This document shows positions 1 to 13,400 of a stretch of 64,000 nucleotides of DNA, piece by piece. Below the pieces are notes generated by a model that was not told the DNA's origin, searched no databases, and worked only from the letters and a program-made list of their open reading frames with translations. The stretch spans positions 728,427 to 792,426 of the forward strand of contig NMRA01000063.1 of the NCBI GenBank assembly GCA_002633005.1, read 5' to 3'. Made by a program: the position numbers and the translations under genes. Position 1 is the stretch's first letter; every line of letters starts with the position of its first letter. This DNA is from Phoronis australis (taxonomy: Eukaryota > Animalia > Phoronida).

Positions 1-133
1 TTAGGAGGCAGAATATATTATAGTCACAGCAGTATTTTTGGTGACTGAGAATTCTGTGCTTTGTTGTTGTTTTCAAGAAGTAGTACATACCCACGATCTA
101 ATTTCGAACTCTACACTCTATTCACACCGGATG

Positions 134-295
134 ATTAGACTACTTATTTTGTATGTTTAGTCGAAGCATACCTCAGTCAATTTGAGACTAGACTACTTAT
201 TTTGTATGTTTGTCGAAGCATACCTCAGTCAATTTGAGATTAGACTACTTATTTTGTATGTTTAGTCGAAGCATACCTCAGTCAATTTGAGACTA
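134..295. repeat. ~52-54-bp tandem repeat x3
   Basis: tagactacttattttgtatgtttagtcgaagcatacctcagtcaatttgag. Confidence 0.9.
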
Positions 296-754
296 TGTTG
301 AGTTTCAAGTACAGATTAGACGTTGGCCTTGAAAAAGTCAGAATAATATTAAGCACCATTAACCTTGTTTCAAGCCACTCAGTCCATCTCATTTTATTAT
401 CGATGGCATCTGTATTACAATACCCTGACTGTACCTGACCTTTCAAGTTTTACATTAATTTGTCAGTTTATGCGTACTGACTAACATGAGATACCTGTTT
501 GTGTTACTTTTCCATGTGGGTGAATCAATCGTGGCATAAATATGACATGTCACTGCCAGAGCAATTTGCAGACTTTCATTGTATGACTACCCCTTTTCAT
601 TTTTATTCTCAACACTAATGGAAACAAGACGCGATGGCCTGTAAAATCGTTTGTAAAATGTTGTTTATAACCTGTTTTTGTATCTGAGGTCTAATTCATT
701 TTTTAGAAAAAGTACCAAATTGCATTTTTGTCATTTAAGAATAATTCTGGTGTG

Positions 755-1835
755 AACATGGCGTCCGTCCCTCTGTCAACCTCTATTAACCAAACCGCTC
801 TAAGGAGGATTGTGAAAATTGGCATATATGTTCCTACTTCGAATGCTGTGGCGCCTTCTAGTGGCAGTTTTGTTTGTTTTTGGGCCCATGGCTGTATCTC
901 CTAAACGCTTTACAGGTTCTTTATTGAATTTAGCAAATGTTTTTATATGAAGTTGACAACAGACGACGACGACTTTCGAACGGATCAGACTACCAGTGTG
1001 TCCCCTTGTGGCAATTTCAGTTTTTACGCTTACCTCTGTATCTTCAAAGGTCCTCAAGGGGTTTCCATTAAATTTGGCAGATAGGCATCTAGTAGTGGGG
1101 TGATGCTATCCATTCGTTTTCATTGTATTTCGTGCCACCTTGTGCCCATTTTTATTGGTTTCAAGGCTGTATCTCACAAACTCTCTGCAGGATCTTTATT
1201 GAATGTAGCAAGTGTATTTATAAGTAGTTGACAATGGACGGCAACGACTTTCAGATGAATCCGACAAATGCTGTACCCCCTATTGGCAGTTTAATTTTTT
1301 CCTTTTACCTGTGTTTCTCCAGTTCAAGCTCCTTGATGGATTTTTATGAAATTCGGTACCTAGTTTTCTATTGAAACGATGACATGTTCCTGTTTTCGGA
1401 TACCTTTGACGTATTTTGTGCCATCTCATCTAGTGACCATTTTTACTGTAGTCCGGTTTTTGCATCTTCCCCTCTATCAACCAAATCACTCTAAGTTTGT
1501 GAAAATTGGCATATACGTTCTTAGTGTGAAGAGGACGGTTGACGATTTTCCTGCAACTTCAACTACTGTGGCAGTTACTTTCTGTACCCATAGCCCCCTA
1601 GTGGCAATTTCATTTTTTCTGTTTTCCTCCTTTTCTCTGAAGTTCCTTGATGGATTTTTATATTTGGTAAATAGATTTTTATTAAAGAAGCGGTGACAAG
1701 TTCCCGTTTTCGGATGGATTCGACTTATTTTGTGCTATCTAGTGGCCATTTCTGTGATACAAATAAACACCCCTAAAAGCACACTGTTTGCAGAGCCTTC
1801 ATGGGCGCATTGCCTTGCTTCGCGTTGCTCTTGTT
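755..1835. mobile_element. Helentron/HINE-like non-autonomous repeat with internal degenerate tandem units
   Basis: Colinear with 10150-11463; ends gcgttgctcttgtt; recurring ccactag/aaatttca motifs. Confidence 0.65.
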
Positions 1836-2029
1836 TTTTCTTTGCTCTATGATCTTAAGCATTTTAAATTTAAAACGTTTACAGTCAGAAACTTGAACCT
1901 CTTTATTTTACCTTTGCCAAGTCAATAAGCTCATTGGCCTTATCAATGACCTCATTGGCCTAATCATGTAGACTTAGGTGTGACGACTAACAGTGAAAAA
2001 TGAAAATGTGCCAGAGCCGCCAACTTGAA

Positions 2030-3600
2030 AAGGACTTCTGGTAAAACAAAATTTTATAATAGCCATTTAAAAGAAACAAGCACATGACGAGTTTGAAAAT
2101 GATTGGTTCGCCAGTGTGCCTTCTACAGGAGAAAACGTTTTTGGCCAGATATCGAGGTGCGCATGCGCCATTGCTAATATTTCCGCCATCTTTGACCGGA
2201 AGTTAATGGTTTACAGTGCAATTGTAGTACTTTTGTGCTACAATAATCATACCAATTTTCAGCCTTTACATTGGAAAATGCGGCCTCTATGAGCATTTGA
2301 ATCTGAAACCGGAAACAAAATGGAAATGGCCGCCACATCCGCCCTTTTGAATTCGATCATGACCCAAAACAATAGGCTTCCAGCACTTCCGAAACTACAT
2401 GTTGTGTGTAAATTTCGTGACGATAGGACAAAAACTGCGACCTGTAGAGTGCAAGCAAAAAAAAAACGAGAACGCTTGGAGGAGCAACACCTGGCGAAAT
2501 AAACCGAAAAGACGACGATGGAGATGATGACGATGATGGTTATGATGATGAAGGTGGTGAGTATGAACAATATGATGACATTCATATCATTAGCAAAGGT
2601 GTAAGAAATCAGTAAGAAATAGGCTGCGGTCTTGAGCGACACTTGGCGAAGTTAACTGAAAAGACGACGATGAAGATGACGACGACGATGATGTTGATTA
2701 TGATGATGATAGTGGGGATTATGAGCAACACGATAACATTCATATTACTAGCGAAGATGTCAGAAATCAGTAAGAAATAGTCTTGTTCAATAGAAGCTAA
2801 ACCAACGTCAGTGCAGCAAGACCAGTCAACAAAGCAACAGCGCTATCATAAAATCTCTAAAAATTCAAAAAGTAGACGTCCTTGTGAAAAATGGAAAATA
2901 TCTTCTGAAAGCCCATTCAAAACTCCATCTAATTGAGTAGTTTCGCAAAATTCTGTAGATTTTTTGAAAAAAATAAAATTTTGCGTTTTTTTGAAATGCA
3001 AAGTCAAATAACTGAAAAACGGTAACGTTATTGCAGAACTTTTGAAAGAGCATACTTCAAGGAATCTACATGCAAAAATTCACATCATTTGTTCTTCTAG
3101 TTCAAGATGCAACCGCAGAACAATAGAAAATGGGCGAAAATGCGCCCGAGCCGCCATCTTGAAAGCGACTTGTGGTTTTTCAGCTTTGAATAATAGCATG
3201 TGTCAAAAACAACTATTACCTGAAAAATTTCGAAGGAATTGGTCCTATAATGCGCCTTCTACAGGAGCAAACGTTTTTTGCCCGAAATCGAGGTGCACAT
3301 GCGCCATTGCCGATATTTCCGCCATCTTTGACCGGAAGTTATTGATTTACAGCGCAGTTATTGTACTTGTCGGCTATAGTAATCGTACCAATTTTCAGCC
3401 CTGTACGTTGAAAATTGCGTCCTCTACATATGAGCATTTGAATCTGAAATCGGAAACAAAATGGTTGCCACGTCCACCATTTTGAATTCGATCATGATCA
3501 AAAACAATAGGCTTCCAGGACTTCCCGACTTACAGGTCATGTACGAATTTCGTGCGAATCGGACGAAAATTGCGACGTGTAGAGTGTGAACAAACAAAAA
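2030..3600. repeat. Second repeat family: ~430-bp direct duplication (2050-2460 vs 3190-3600) around two (GAT/GAC)-rich ~150-bp units
   Basis: gcgccttctacaggag..ccgccatctttgaccggaagtta..gaattcgatcatga..tgtagagtg present twice. Confidence 0.7.
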
Positions 3601-3656
3601 AAAACAAATTTGATGGCAAATAAATAATAATTAGATACCTCAATCATGTATCCTAT

Positions 3657-3807
3657 CTGCATGGTAAGTAGAAAGTGTCAGGTACAAGCCCTGCACCCTG
3701 GCCGTCTGCATGGTGAGCAGCAAGTGTCAGGTACAAGCCCTGCGCCCTGGCCGTCTGCATGGTGAGCAGCAAGCGTCAGGTACAAGCCCTGCACCCTGGC
3801 CGTCTGC
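3657..3807. repeat. 49-bp tandem repeat x3
   Basis: ctgcatggtgagcagcaagtgtcaggtacaagccctgcaccctggccgt. Confidence 0.9.
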
Positions 3808-4379
3808 TCTCAACTGTGGCGCACAAGTGGTCACAATAATGCCATTCAGTAACAATGCCTTGTGCCATCTGTTTTTGAGTTGACCTTGGTATTGACTATC
3901 CAAAGGCGTTATTTTGAAATCCTTCCTTGAATGGATTCTTTTGTAATTATTTTAGATGTATTGTGTTACCCACATGATCTCTGCATTGCTTTTGCAACAT
4001 AAATCAATAGGATTTAATCACTCAGCTGTGGGTTCATAAATTGATCAATGAAGTTATGTAGCTTTTTTGTACCATATTCTGTCTTCATTACAACACTGAC
4101 CAAAGAACTTCTTTTAGATTTGTTTAGTTTTAGCTTTGTTTAATAAGGCCAGTGCTAACACTACTTATTTCATAGGTTATCTAGTTAGAGTGTGGCTTCT
4201 GAGTTCAGATTAGTTGTATAATCTTACTTTAGTGATCCTTACATAGATATTCTTGTAATTAAACTTGGTGATGGAGAAGTCTTGTTGGGCATTGTTTTAC
4301 CACTGCAGCTTATGTAGAAAAAGTATTTTTGCATGTCGGGTGTGAGATTAAATTCTTGCTGCATTTGTTTCTATTTCAG

Positions 4380-4461
4380 TCAGCAGAATGTTCCGGACCT
4401 AACTGAAGCGGTACCCACTTATACTCACATGTGTATAGTCAAGCTTCTACAAGAAGGCCTG
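4380..4461 (+). CDS. SIRT7: SIRT7 exon ([27 protein letters not shown])
   Basis: Acceptor ctatttcag at 4371-4379, donor gtcagt at 4462; PTxTHM sirtuin motif. Confidence 0.9.
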
Positions 4462-7400
4462 GTCAGTTCACAGATTAAATTTTTAAGACTATTTGGGGTA
4501 TGGTTTATCAAAGGTTGTATGCCCCTTTCTACAAGTGTCCTATCTTAGAGTTTTACATGCACACAGGAAACACCAAAATAGTTTCATAAATCGAGAGACA
4601 TCCCTATAAAGTAGAAACATATTGTACAATTTGGTGTCCTGCATGTTTTCTGTGTTTTGCTGGTAATTCATAAAAAGTGAAGTTCAATGCCTTTCAGCTG
4701 TGGCGGCCATTTTGTTGTGGCACCACCAGAAATTCAAAAATTCATTTGAAAATTAAATAATTATCATCTGGTCATTTTGAAATGTTGATTGCAGAGGGTC
4801 CTTTGGGGTTGGCTTACAATCAAATTGGTTTCACAAAGTTTGTAACTAGAAAAATGAGAAAGAATATGAACTTTGTCTCAATTCAACTTTTGGCTCTGAT
4901 GATAAATGCATTGTCACTTTTACACTCACACGCCTATGACCATCTAACCTCCTAGTGGGTCTACAGCCCGTGCAAACTCTCCCATAACCAATAGGAAATT
5001 CAAAACAACAGAGACCCAACCAGACTTTTATTTCAACTATACTTTTCTTATACTTTTCTGTATATACAAACAATATGAATGGCTGACTGAATGATGCAGT
5101 GCCATACGTGAGTTGATGGCCATGTTTGGCTTATTACCCACTTCCTAGTATCCATGTTTGGCTTATTACCCACCTCCTAGTATCCTTTAATTTTAAACAT
5201 TTACTTTTTAAATGCTTATGCTTCACAGTTACATGACCACCCCAGGTTTGGACAGTCAGGACTTAAAGGCGAAGACAACCTTTTTCATGACTTTTAGCAA
5301 AAATAAGTTTCGTTGGTTATCCCAGACATGTTTTACCCTTAATTACAGCTTTTCGTAATTTAATTACTTATTCGTTCTCTACTCCGGAAGTGACATTTTG
5401 GGAGGCAAGAATTTCCCGCTTATTTCTTTTCGTATAGTCTGACTGTGAGAGCTGCCGTGTCAGTCATTGTTCTATCTCGCGGTTTTGATAAGTATGGTCA
5501 TCGTGTGCTTTTGTTAACGAGTCAGTCAACATGCCACACTGTTGCTGCGTACCAGGATGTACTCATTATCGTCTCACGGACAAAGGAACAACTGTCCCAC
5601 TTGCCCGAGTGTTCGCGACACACTCCCACTTATAGTGACTTGAGCACACAAACTTCTTACACCCCGCCATGTGACACCAAGTCCACAATAAACTTATCAA
5701 AGTTTGGCTCACCGATCTGTTCATTGAACGACGAACTGTCCTCTTCACTGGGTGTCGAACGGGGCCTGTATTCACTCCCACTACTCAACGTCGCAGCAGG
5801 GCTGCTTACAAGCTTTGGGAAATAATGAGTACATCCTGGTAGGCAGCAACAGTGTGGCATGTTGACTGACTCGGAAACAAAAGCAAACGACGACTGAACT
5901 TTTGACAACCGAGGTAGATCTATGACTGACTCGGCAACGCTCATATAGTCAGACTGCTGGAAAAGAAATTGGCGCGAAATCCTTGTCTCCTAAAACGTCA
6001 CTTTCGTAGTAGAGAACAAATAGTTAATCAAATAACGAAAAGCTGTAATTAAGTGGAAAGTATGTCTGAGATAATCAACGAACCTTATTTTTGCTAAAAA
6101 TGACATGAAAAAAGGTTGCCTTTGCCTTTAAGGATGGCATGTCTCATTAAAACCAGGAATATTAAAATTTGAAGCAAGTGCCACCTATTATCTTCCTAGA
6201 GAACTGTTCGTACAATTAGTATGATCATGAAGAGAAAAAATTGTAAATAAATTGTGGTTTTAAAGAAAACACTGCAACTGATACACTTAAAAAGAAATGT
6301 GAACATATAAAAACCATAGTAATTCCAAATATTACGAATTATTTGATAGTAAAATAAACGAGTAATTACAACTGCCTTTTTTCATTATGGTAATGCCAAT
6401 GCTGTGGGTGTTTCTCAGGGATTCCCATGCAGTCCTAAGAAATGTGGATGAGAAATGTGTACAAATACCTAGAATTTGCATCAGAGATGCAAAATGGTAT
6501 CATGTTGAATATTCTCCAAGGTGGTAGCAAGATGAATTTAAAGAACAAATGCTTTTGTTGTGGTCAGTGTGAGGAATATCAGTTGCCAGAGTAGTCGGTT
6601 TCGAGTAGTGAGGCCTCAGTTTTGTCTGCCATGATGAAATGTTACCATACTCATTTACATAAAAATAGTCTTGCAAAACGAGACTTTAGCGAGGCTGTAT
6701 TGGTAACTGGTTCTTCTATGGTTTCCGGCCCCCTGGAGGTGTTGTATGTAAATTAGCACTGTATTTACATATTAACAGTTTAATGAGACTACATTTTGGA
6801 GTTGTAAGTTGTGTCCTGGGTGCAAGTTGACCTTGTGTTGTGACTTCAGACCCTAATCCAATTGGTACTGACCATTTGTGTTGTATGCAGACTTTCATGC
6901 TGAATTGCTTATCAATGGCCAGACATTTCATTTTGTATTCTAATAATTTTGTTCTGGTAAACACTGCATTCTGCTGACTCTGTAACATGTCATATCACAC
7001 TCATGTTGTTGATTACTTGAGACTCTGTAACATGTCATATCACACTCATGTTGTTGATTACTTGAGACTCTGTAACATGTCATATCACACTCATGTTGTT
7101 GATTACTTGAGGTCTTTATATCACACTCATGTTGTTGATTATTTGAGACTCTGTAACATTTCATATCACACTCATGTTGTTGATTACTTGACATCTTTAG
7201 TACACATGTGCATATTTAATAAGGTCAAAGAAAATAGCAAAATTGGTTCTGGTCTGTATTTGTATCAAAATGGACTCAATGACACTGTACTTGTAGTCGT
7301 TCATGTATTCGGGAAGAAAAAGTCGCGCGATAACAACCGAAACTTGTGTTTTCCCATATGCCAGCAGAATTGGGTCGAATTCTTCTTCATGAAAGTTTTT

Positions 7401-10400
7401 CTATTTCTTTATATTTCATTTGTCCTCCTTCTTAAGGTCTTTTAAGTTAAAACTTCCACATATGACAAAAGAATTCCATTAAGGGGTTTCAGGTGATCAC
7501 ATGTGACAGGCCTGGATACGATGGCTTGTGGTGAACGTATGATGACCAGGATATGATGGTCCATGTTGAACGCGTGCGATTGGCCTGGATATGATGATCC
7601 ATGTTGAACGCGTGCGATTGGCCTGGATATGATGGTCCATGTTGAACGCGTGCGATTGGCCAGGATATGATGGTCCATGTTGAACGCGTGCGATTGGCCT
7701 GGATATGATGGTCCATGTTGAACGCGTGCGATTGGCTTGGAGATGATGGCCTGTAGTTATCGGGTGTGATTGGCCAAGATATGATTCCCCATGCTGATCA
7801 CTTGCGATTGGCCTTGATATAATGGCCCACAGTGATCACATCTAATTGTCCAGGATATGATGGCCCACAGTGACCACATGGGATTGGCCAGAATATAAGC
7901 ATTTTGCACATTTGCTAACTTGCAAGGTGGCTGATAGGAACTCCTTGTGAATGGTCGTCTTAAGTGACTAATCTGCCTTCTGATGAGAAGTTCCATCTTC
8001 CTTCTCATAAAAATTTTACGTTTATTTAAACTTCTTTAAAAAGATTGGCTGACCACTTCTTTGAATACACTGATTTTCAAGAGGGCCCAGTCACAAATAA
8101 TTACATGAAATAGAATACAGAGAGCTATGTACAATTACACTGAAAAGATTTTATTAAAATAAAATAAATAAATTTGTTATAAATTAGTTACTATGTACAT
8201 TTAGATGAATAAACACGAAATACAGTAAAATAATTATGAGCTGGGCCGTACAGTCCCAATCTGGACACAAAGTATTTCATGTTAACGCGGTATGAGCCTG
8301 GTGGTGGTGGTATTATAATACGTTTGTCTTGAACTGATCAAGTGCGTTATGTAGTTTTATTGATGTGTATAAGCACACTGTGATTTAACAGGGTTGATGA
8401 ACACGCGTTATTTCATAGTTATGTGCTTCAGGCTAGTTACGTGGTTTCCCAAAACTGTGACGGCCTTCATTTTCGGAGCGGCGTACCTCGCAAGAAGCTT
8501 TCGGAACTTCACGGCAATATGTACATTGAGGTAAGGTGACTAAAGATTCCTAATTTTGTGGAAAATATATATTTGGCATATCCACCAAGATCTTGACAGT
8601 TTATGCATTAATTCAATTTGTTTAGAGAAGAGAGCGAAGAGATAGGAGATTGGTTTGAGAAGAAAGCGAGGAAATAAGAGATTGGTTAGAATTGGGTGAC
8701 TATCAAACAACTTGACATGTCTCCAGTCTCCAGGTTCTTTCTCAGGCTGTTGCTTTTATGGATTTGTGAAGTTGTCTTAGTGGGTGCCTATGGGAAGTTT
8801 TAATCATGGTTTTGAAGCTGAAAAACTGATGGTGGAATTGAAAATTTGATACCTGCTATAGTGATTCCATACCTGATAAAGTGGACTTTTAATTTGGTTT
8901 CTCAATGATTAGCTGTGAAAACACTTTGTTTTATAACCATCTTTTGCCTTTCACTCAGATATGCCGGCAGTGTAAGCCAAGTCGTGAGTACATTCGATTG
9001 TTTGATGTCACTGAAAAAACTGGGGTACGTAAACACGCAACGGGCCGTAAGTGTCACGACTGCCATGGAGACCTGGAAGACACAATCGTCCACTTTGGAG
9101 AGAAGGGCGACTTTGGTACTCCTCATAACTGGCAGGAGGCGGCAGACAGTGCAAAGAAGTGTGAAGTGATACTGTGTATTGGTTCCAGTCTGAAGGTGAT
9201 TGACACACAGCTGTGTACCCTGTGAAAAAATACAGATTCTTGTGGAAATTGGCTCGTATATAAGATGATGCAAAATTATACAAATTCAAAGCAGGTTATT
9301 TACTATCTTTTTACTCACTTAGTGATAAGTTAGTAGTGGAAAGGGAAGATTTCTTAATTAGAAATTGAAAATAATAATAGTATTTATCCTAAAAACTTGA
9401 GCTGCGAAGTCGGAAACTTGCTTCAATTCATTCTAAATATAGTAAGATAATCGGCAGTTCGTAAGGCCTCTTCTATGGATATTCATCATCATCAGCCTAA
9501 ACAATAAGCAGCGATCTCTGTGATTGGTCGATTGTTGGCTTGCTTTGATTCCACTCATCTGTGATTGGTCGATTGTTGGCTTGCTTTGATTCCACTCATC
9601 TGTGGCTAAATGCATACTGTTGTCAAAATGGCAAAGTGTGAAAGGTTGCATATTCCCAGCTGTGAAGAAAATGGCTTCTGAAAGAAGGGAACATCTGTTT
9701 TTGCCATGTTATTCCAAAGATTGGTAGTGTCTTGTCGAAAAGGGACTGTCAAATTATTCGTTTGTAATGCATGCGAGCAATACTTGACAAAATGAGTAGA
9801 TCATAAAAAGGGCATCTGCCATTTGACAATTTTCAAACCACCCTTCGTCTTTGAAATTTTCATTACTTAAATGTATTTTGCCATAGGTCCGTCGATCATT
9901 GTTAATATATCAATATTTGCTGTTTGCTAAGAATATTTTCTTTCGTAGCAAATGTTACTTGTGTTGACTTGGTTCTGAAATGTGTAGAGTACTACGCGTA
10001 AATATTGCTTTTCTTTTCCCCTTATGAATGAGGCGAAAATTTACATTTTTACCCACGTGTAAATTTGCGTAGGGTGTATATTTACATTCAGGTGTAAAAG
10101 CGCTGCATATAAATGGGGATTTTTGTGGAATATTGCAAAAATGGACAATTTTTTGGTGTGCCCACATATTTATATATGGTCGCATATTGCCGTCATCTCT
10201 GTCTGGCCGTCTGCACCTGTATCTTCTAAACCCCTCACAGGATCTTGTTGAGATTTGGCAGATGTGTTCCTATCAAGCTGACAACAGATGATGACAAATT
10301 TCGGACCTCTCTGACTACCAGTGTGCCCCCTAGTGGCAATTTTAGTTTTTTATGTTACCTCTGTATCTTCTGAGGTCCTCAACGTGTTTTCACAAAATTT

Positions 10401-13400
10401 GGAATATAGGCATCTATTTGTGGGGTGACACTATCCTCTAGTTTTCGGATGGATTCGACGTAGTTTGCGCCACCTAGTGGGCATTTTTATTGTTTTCGAG
10501 TCTGATTTTTGCCGTCTGACACCCTCTGTTAACCAAATCGCTCTAAGGGTGATTGTGAAAATCTGCATGTATGTTCTTACTATGATAAAGATGGCTGACG
10601 ATGATTTTCCAATGACTTGGACTACTGTGGCACCTCCTAGTGGCAGTTTTGTTTTTTGTTCCTGTGGCTGTATCTGATAAACCGTTTGCAGGATCTTTAC
10701 TAAATTTTGCAAGTGTATTTGTATGATGTTGGCAACAGACGACAATGACTTTTGCGCGAATCTTTTCACCAGTGTGCCCCCTAATGCCAGTTTTAGTTTT
10801 TTACATTTACCTCTGTATATTCAAAGGTCCTCATCGAAGTTTCATGAAATTTGAAATATAGACACCTATTGATGAAGTGAAGCCATCCACCATTTTCAGA
10901 TGGATATGAGGTATTTTGCGCCACCTAAAGGTCGTTTTTACTGTTTTCAAGTCTGTTTTTTTGCGTCCACCCCTCTATCAACCAAACCATTCTAAGGATG
11001 ATTTTGAAAATTGGCGTATATGTTCTCAGTGTGAAGAGGACAGTTGACGATGACTTTGACTACTGTGGCACCTCCTAGTGGTGGTTTTGTTTTGTTTTGT
11101 TTTGCACCCATATCTGTATCTCCTAAACCCACTGCAGGGTCTTTATTAAATTTAGTAAGTGTATTTATAAGAAGCTAGCAATAGACAATGACTTACTGAC
11201 GGACACTCTGCCCCCCCCCCAGAGGCAATTTCATTTTTTTCCGTTTTCCTTTGTTTCTCTGAAGTTCTGTGTTAGATTTTTATGAATTTTTTATTTAGTA
11301 TATAGCTTTCTATTGAAGAAGCGATGGCATGTTCCGTTTTCAGATGAATTGGACATTTTGCACCATCTAGTGGCCATTTTTATGTTTCAAATATACAACT
11401 CTTGAAGTACACTATTTGCGGTGCATTCGTGAGCGCATTTCAAGGCTCCGCGTTGCTCTTGTTTAAATGGGTTTTAGATAACTTTTAATGTATTCTTAAG
11501 TGTTGACTGACTAATTACTGTTCTTTTGTTAATTTGTCATATGTTGTCGAAGCACATGTTGTGTCATTATTATGTTTGATATCATCCTCATAACATAACA
11601 TTCATTGTTGGTAAGAGTTCTTTTATTTTATTGTCCTCTGCCTAATCTTGAACAGGTGCTAAAGAAGTATCCGTGCTTGTGGAACATGGATAAACCGGTG
11701 AAAAAACGACCCAAGTTATTTATCATCAACCTTCAGTGGACACCTAAAGATGATGTGGCATTGCTCAAAATAAATGGTACACCATTTATAATTTTCAACT
11801 TTGTTGCGTTGCTAGTCTCTTTGATTTATCAGGTTATGATTATGTTGAAGTTGGATAATGTTTTAATTGTTACACCATTTATAATTTTCAACTTTGTTGT
11901 GTTGCTAGTCTCTTTGATTTATCAGGTTATGATTATGTTGAAGTTGGATAATGTTTTAATTGTTACACCATTTATAATTTTCAACTTTGTTGCGTTGCTA
12001 GTCTCTTTGATTTATCAGGTTATGATTATGTTGAAGTTGGATAATGTTTTAATTGTTACACCATTTATAATTTTCAACTTTGTTGTGTTGCTAGTCTCTT
12101 TGATTTATCAGGTTATGATTATGTTGAAGTTGGATAATGTTTTAATTGTTACACCATTTATAATTTTCAACTTTGTTGCGTTGCTAGTCTCTTTGATTTA
12201 TCAGGTTATGATTATGTTGAAGTTGGATAATGTTTTAATTGTTACACCATTTATAATTTTCAACTTTGTTGTGTTGCTAGTCTCTTTGATTTATCAGGTT
12301 ATGATTATGTTGAAGTTGGATAATGTTTTAATTGTTACACCATTTATAATTTTCAACTTTGTTGCGTTGCTAGTCTCTTTGATTTATCAGGTTATGATTA
12401 TGTTGAAGTTGGATAATGTTTTAATTGTTACACCTGAGAATTGACTGTTCTCAACTTGTCCCTACAAGTTATGGTTAGAGCAAAGTGCACTAAAAGGAGA
12501 AAGTACTTTTTGGTGTCTCATCTCAACAAACTTGTCCCTACAAGTTATGGTTAGAGCAAAGTGCACTAAAAGGAGAAAGTACTTTTTGGTGTCTCATTTC
12601 AACAAACTTGTCCCTACAAGTTATGGTTAGAGCAAAGTGCACTAAAAGGAGAAAGTACTTTTTGGTGTCTCATTTCAACAAACTTGTCCCTACAAGTTAT
12701 GGTTAGAGCAAAGTGCACTAAAAGGAGAAAGTACTTTTTGGTGTCTCATTTCAACAAACTTGTCCCTACAAGTTATGGTTAGAGCAAAGTGCACTAAAAG
12801 GAGAAAGTACTTTTTGGTGTCTCATCTCAACAAACTTGTTCGCTATTTTTGTACTGTGATACAGAAACTTATGACTCTCACAATTTCAGATTTGTAAATT
12901 TTCATTTATGTAAGAAAATATATGTATTTAAAGTAAAAAATTTTAGTCTGTATGTCCAGTCCTAATGTAGTCCATTTGCTCCTAAAGCCTTCATGCGTGG
13001 GTCAGTTTAGAAATAGTTGCAATGCATAGCCAATAAGAAACATCACCAGGGAATTCATTTCAAGAAAGGTGCGAGTCACATATCAAAATAAACCTTGGTA
13101 GATAAATTTGTGAAAAACTTCAGACCAAAACTAAATTAGCTATCTTGGCCTCTACTGTCATTTAGTTGAATGCTGATGTTATGTTGGGATAGAAAGGCTC
13201 CCTATTGGACACTCATCAAACTAAATTTGCCATTGAAGAACCCTCAATAGCAATGAAGTGAGGTGCTTGATTAATCTTTTTGTGTTTAGGAAAATGTGAC
13301 CAAGTGCTGTATAAAGTGATGTGCAATTTAAACTTGGAAGCTCCTCCATACAACAAGTAAGTTAAATTACGTGCTTCAGGGGGTGGGCCCCTGTTATTTT

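Noticed and set aside
2259-3485. ORFs of 60-147 aa in the 2.0-3.6 kb region and in Helentron-like copies (e.g. 10431-10769, 51151-51522)
   Set aside because: They fall inside non-coding repeats and microsatellites, and frames are not conserved between copies.
11605-12444. 279-aa ORF as a standalone multi-pass membrane protein
   Set aside because: It is a SIRT7 exon plus read-through into a 93-bp intronic tandem repeat; the start is a non-ATG codon inside the intron.
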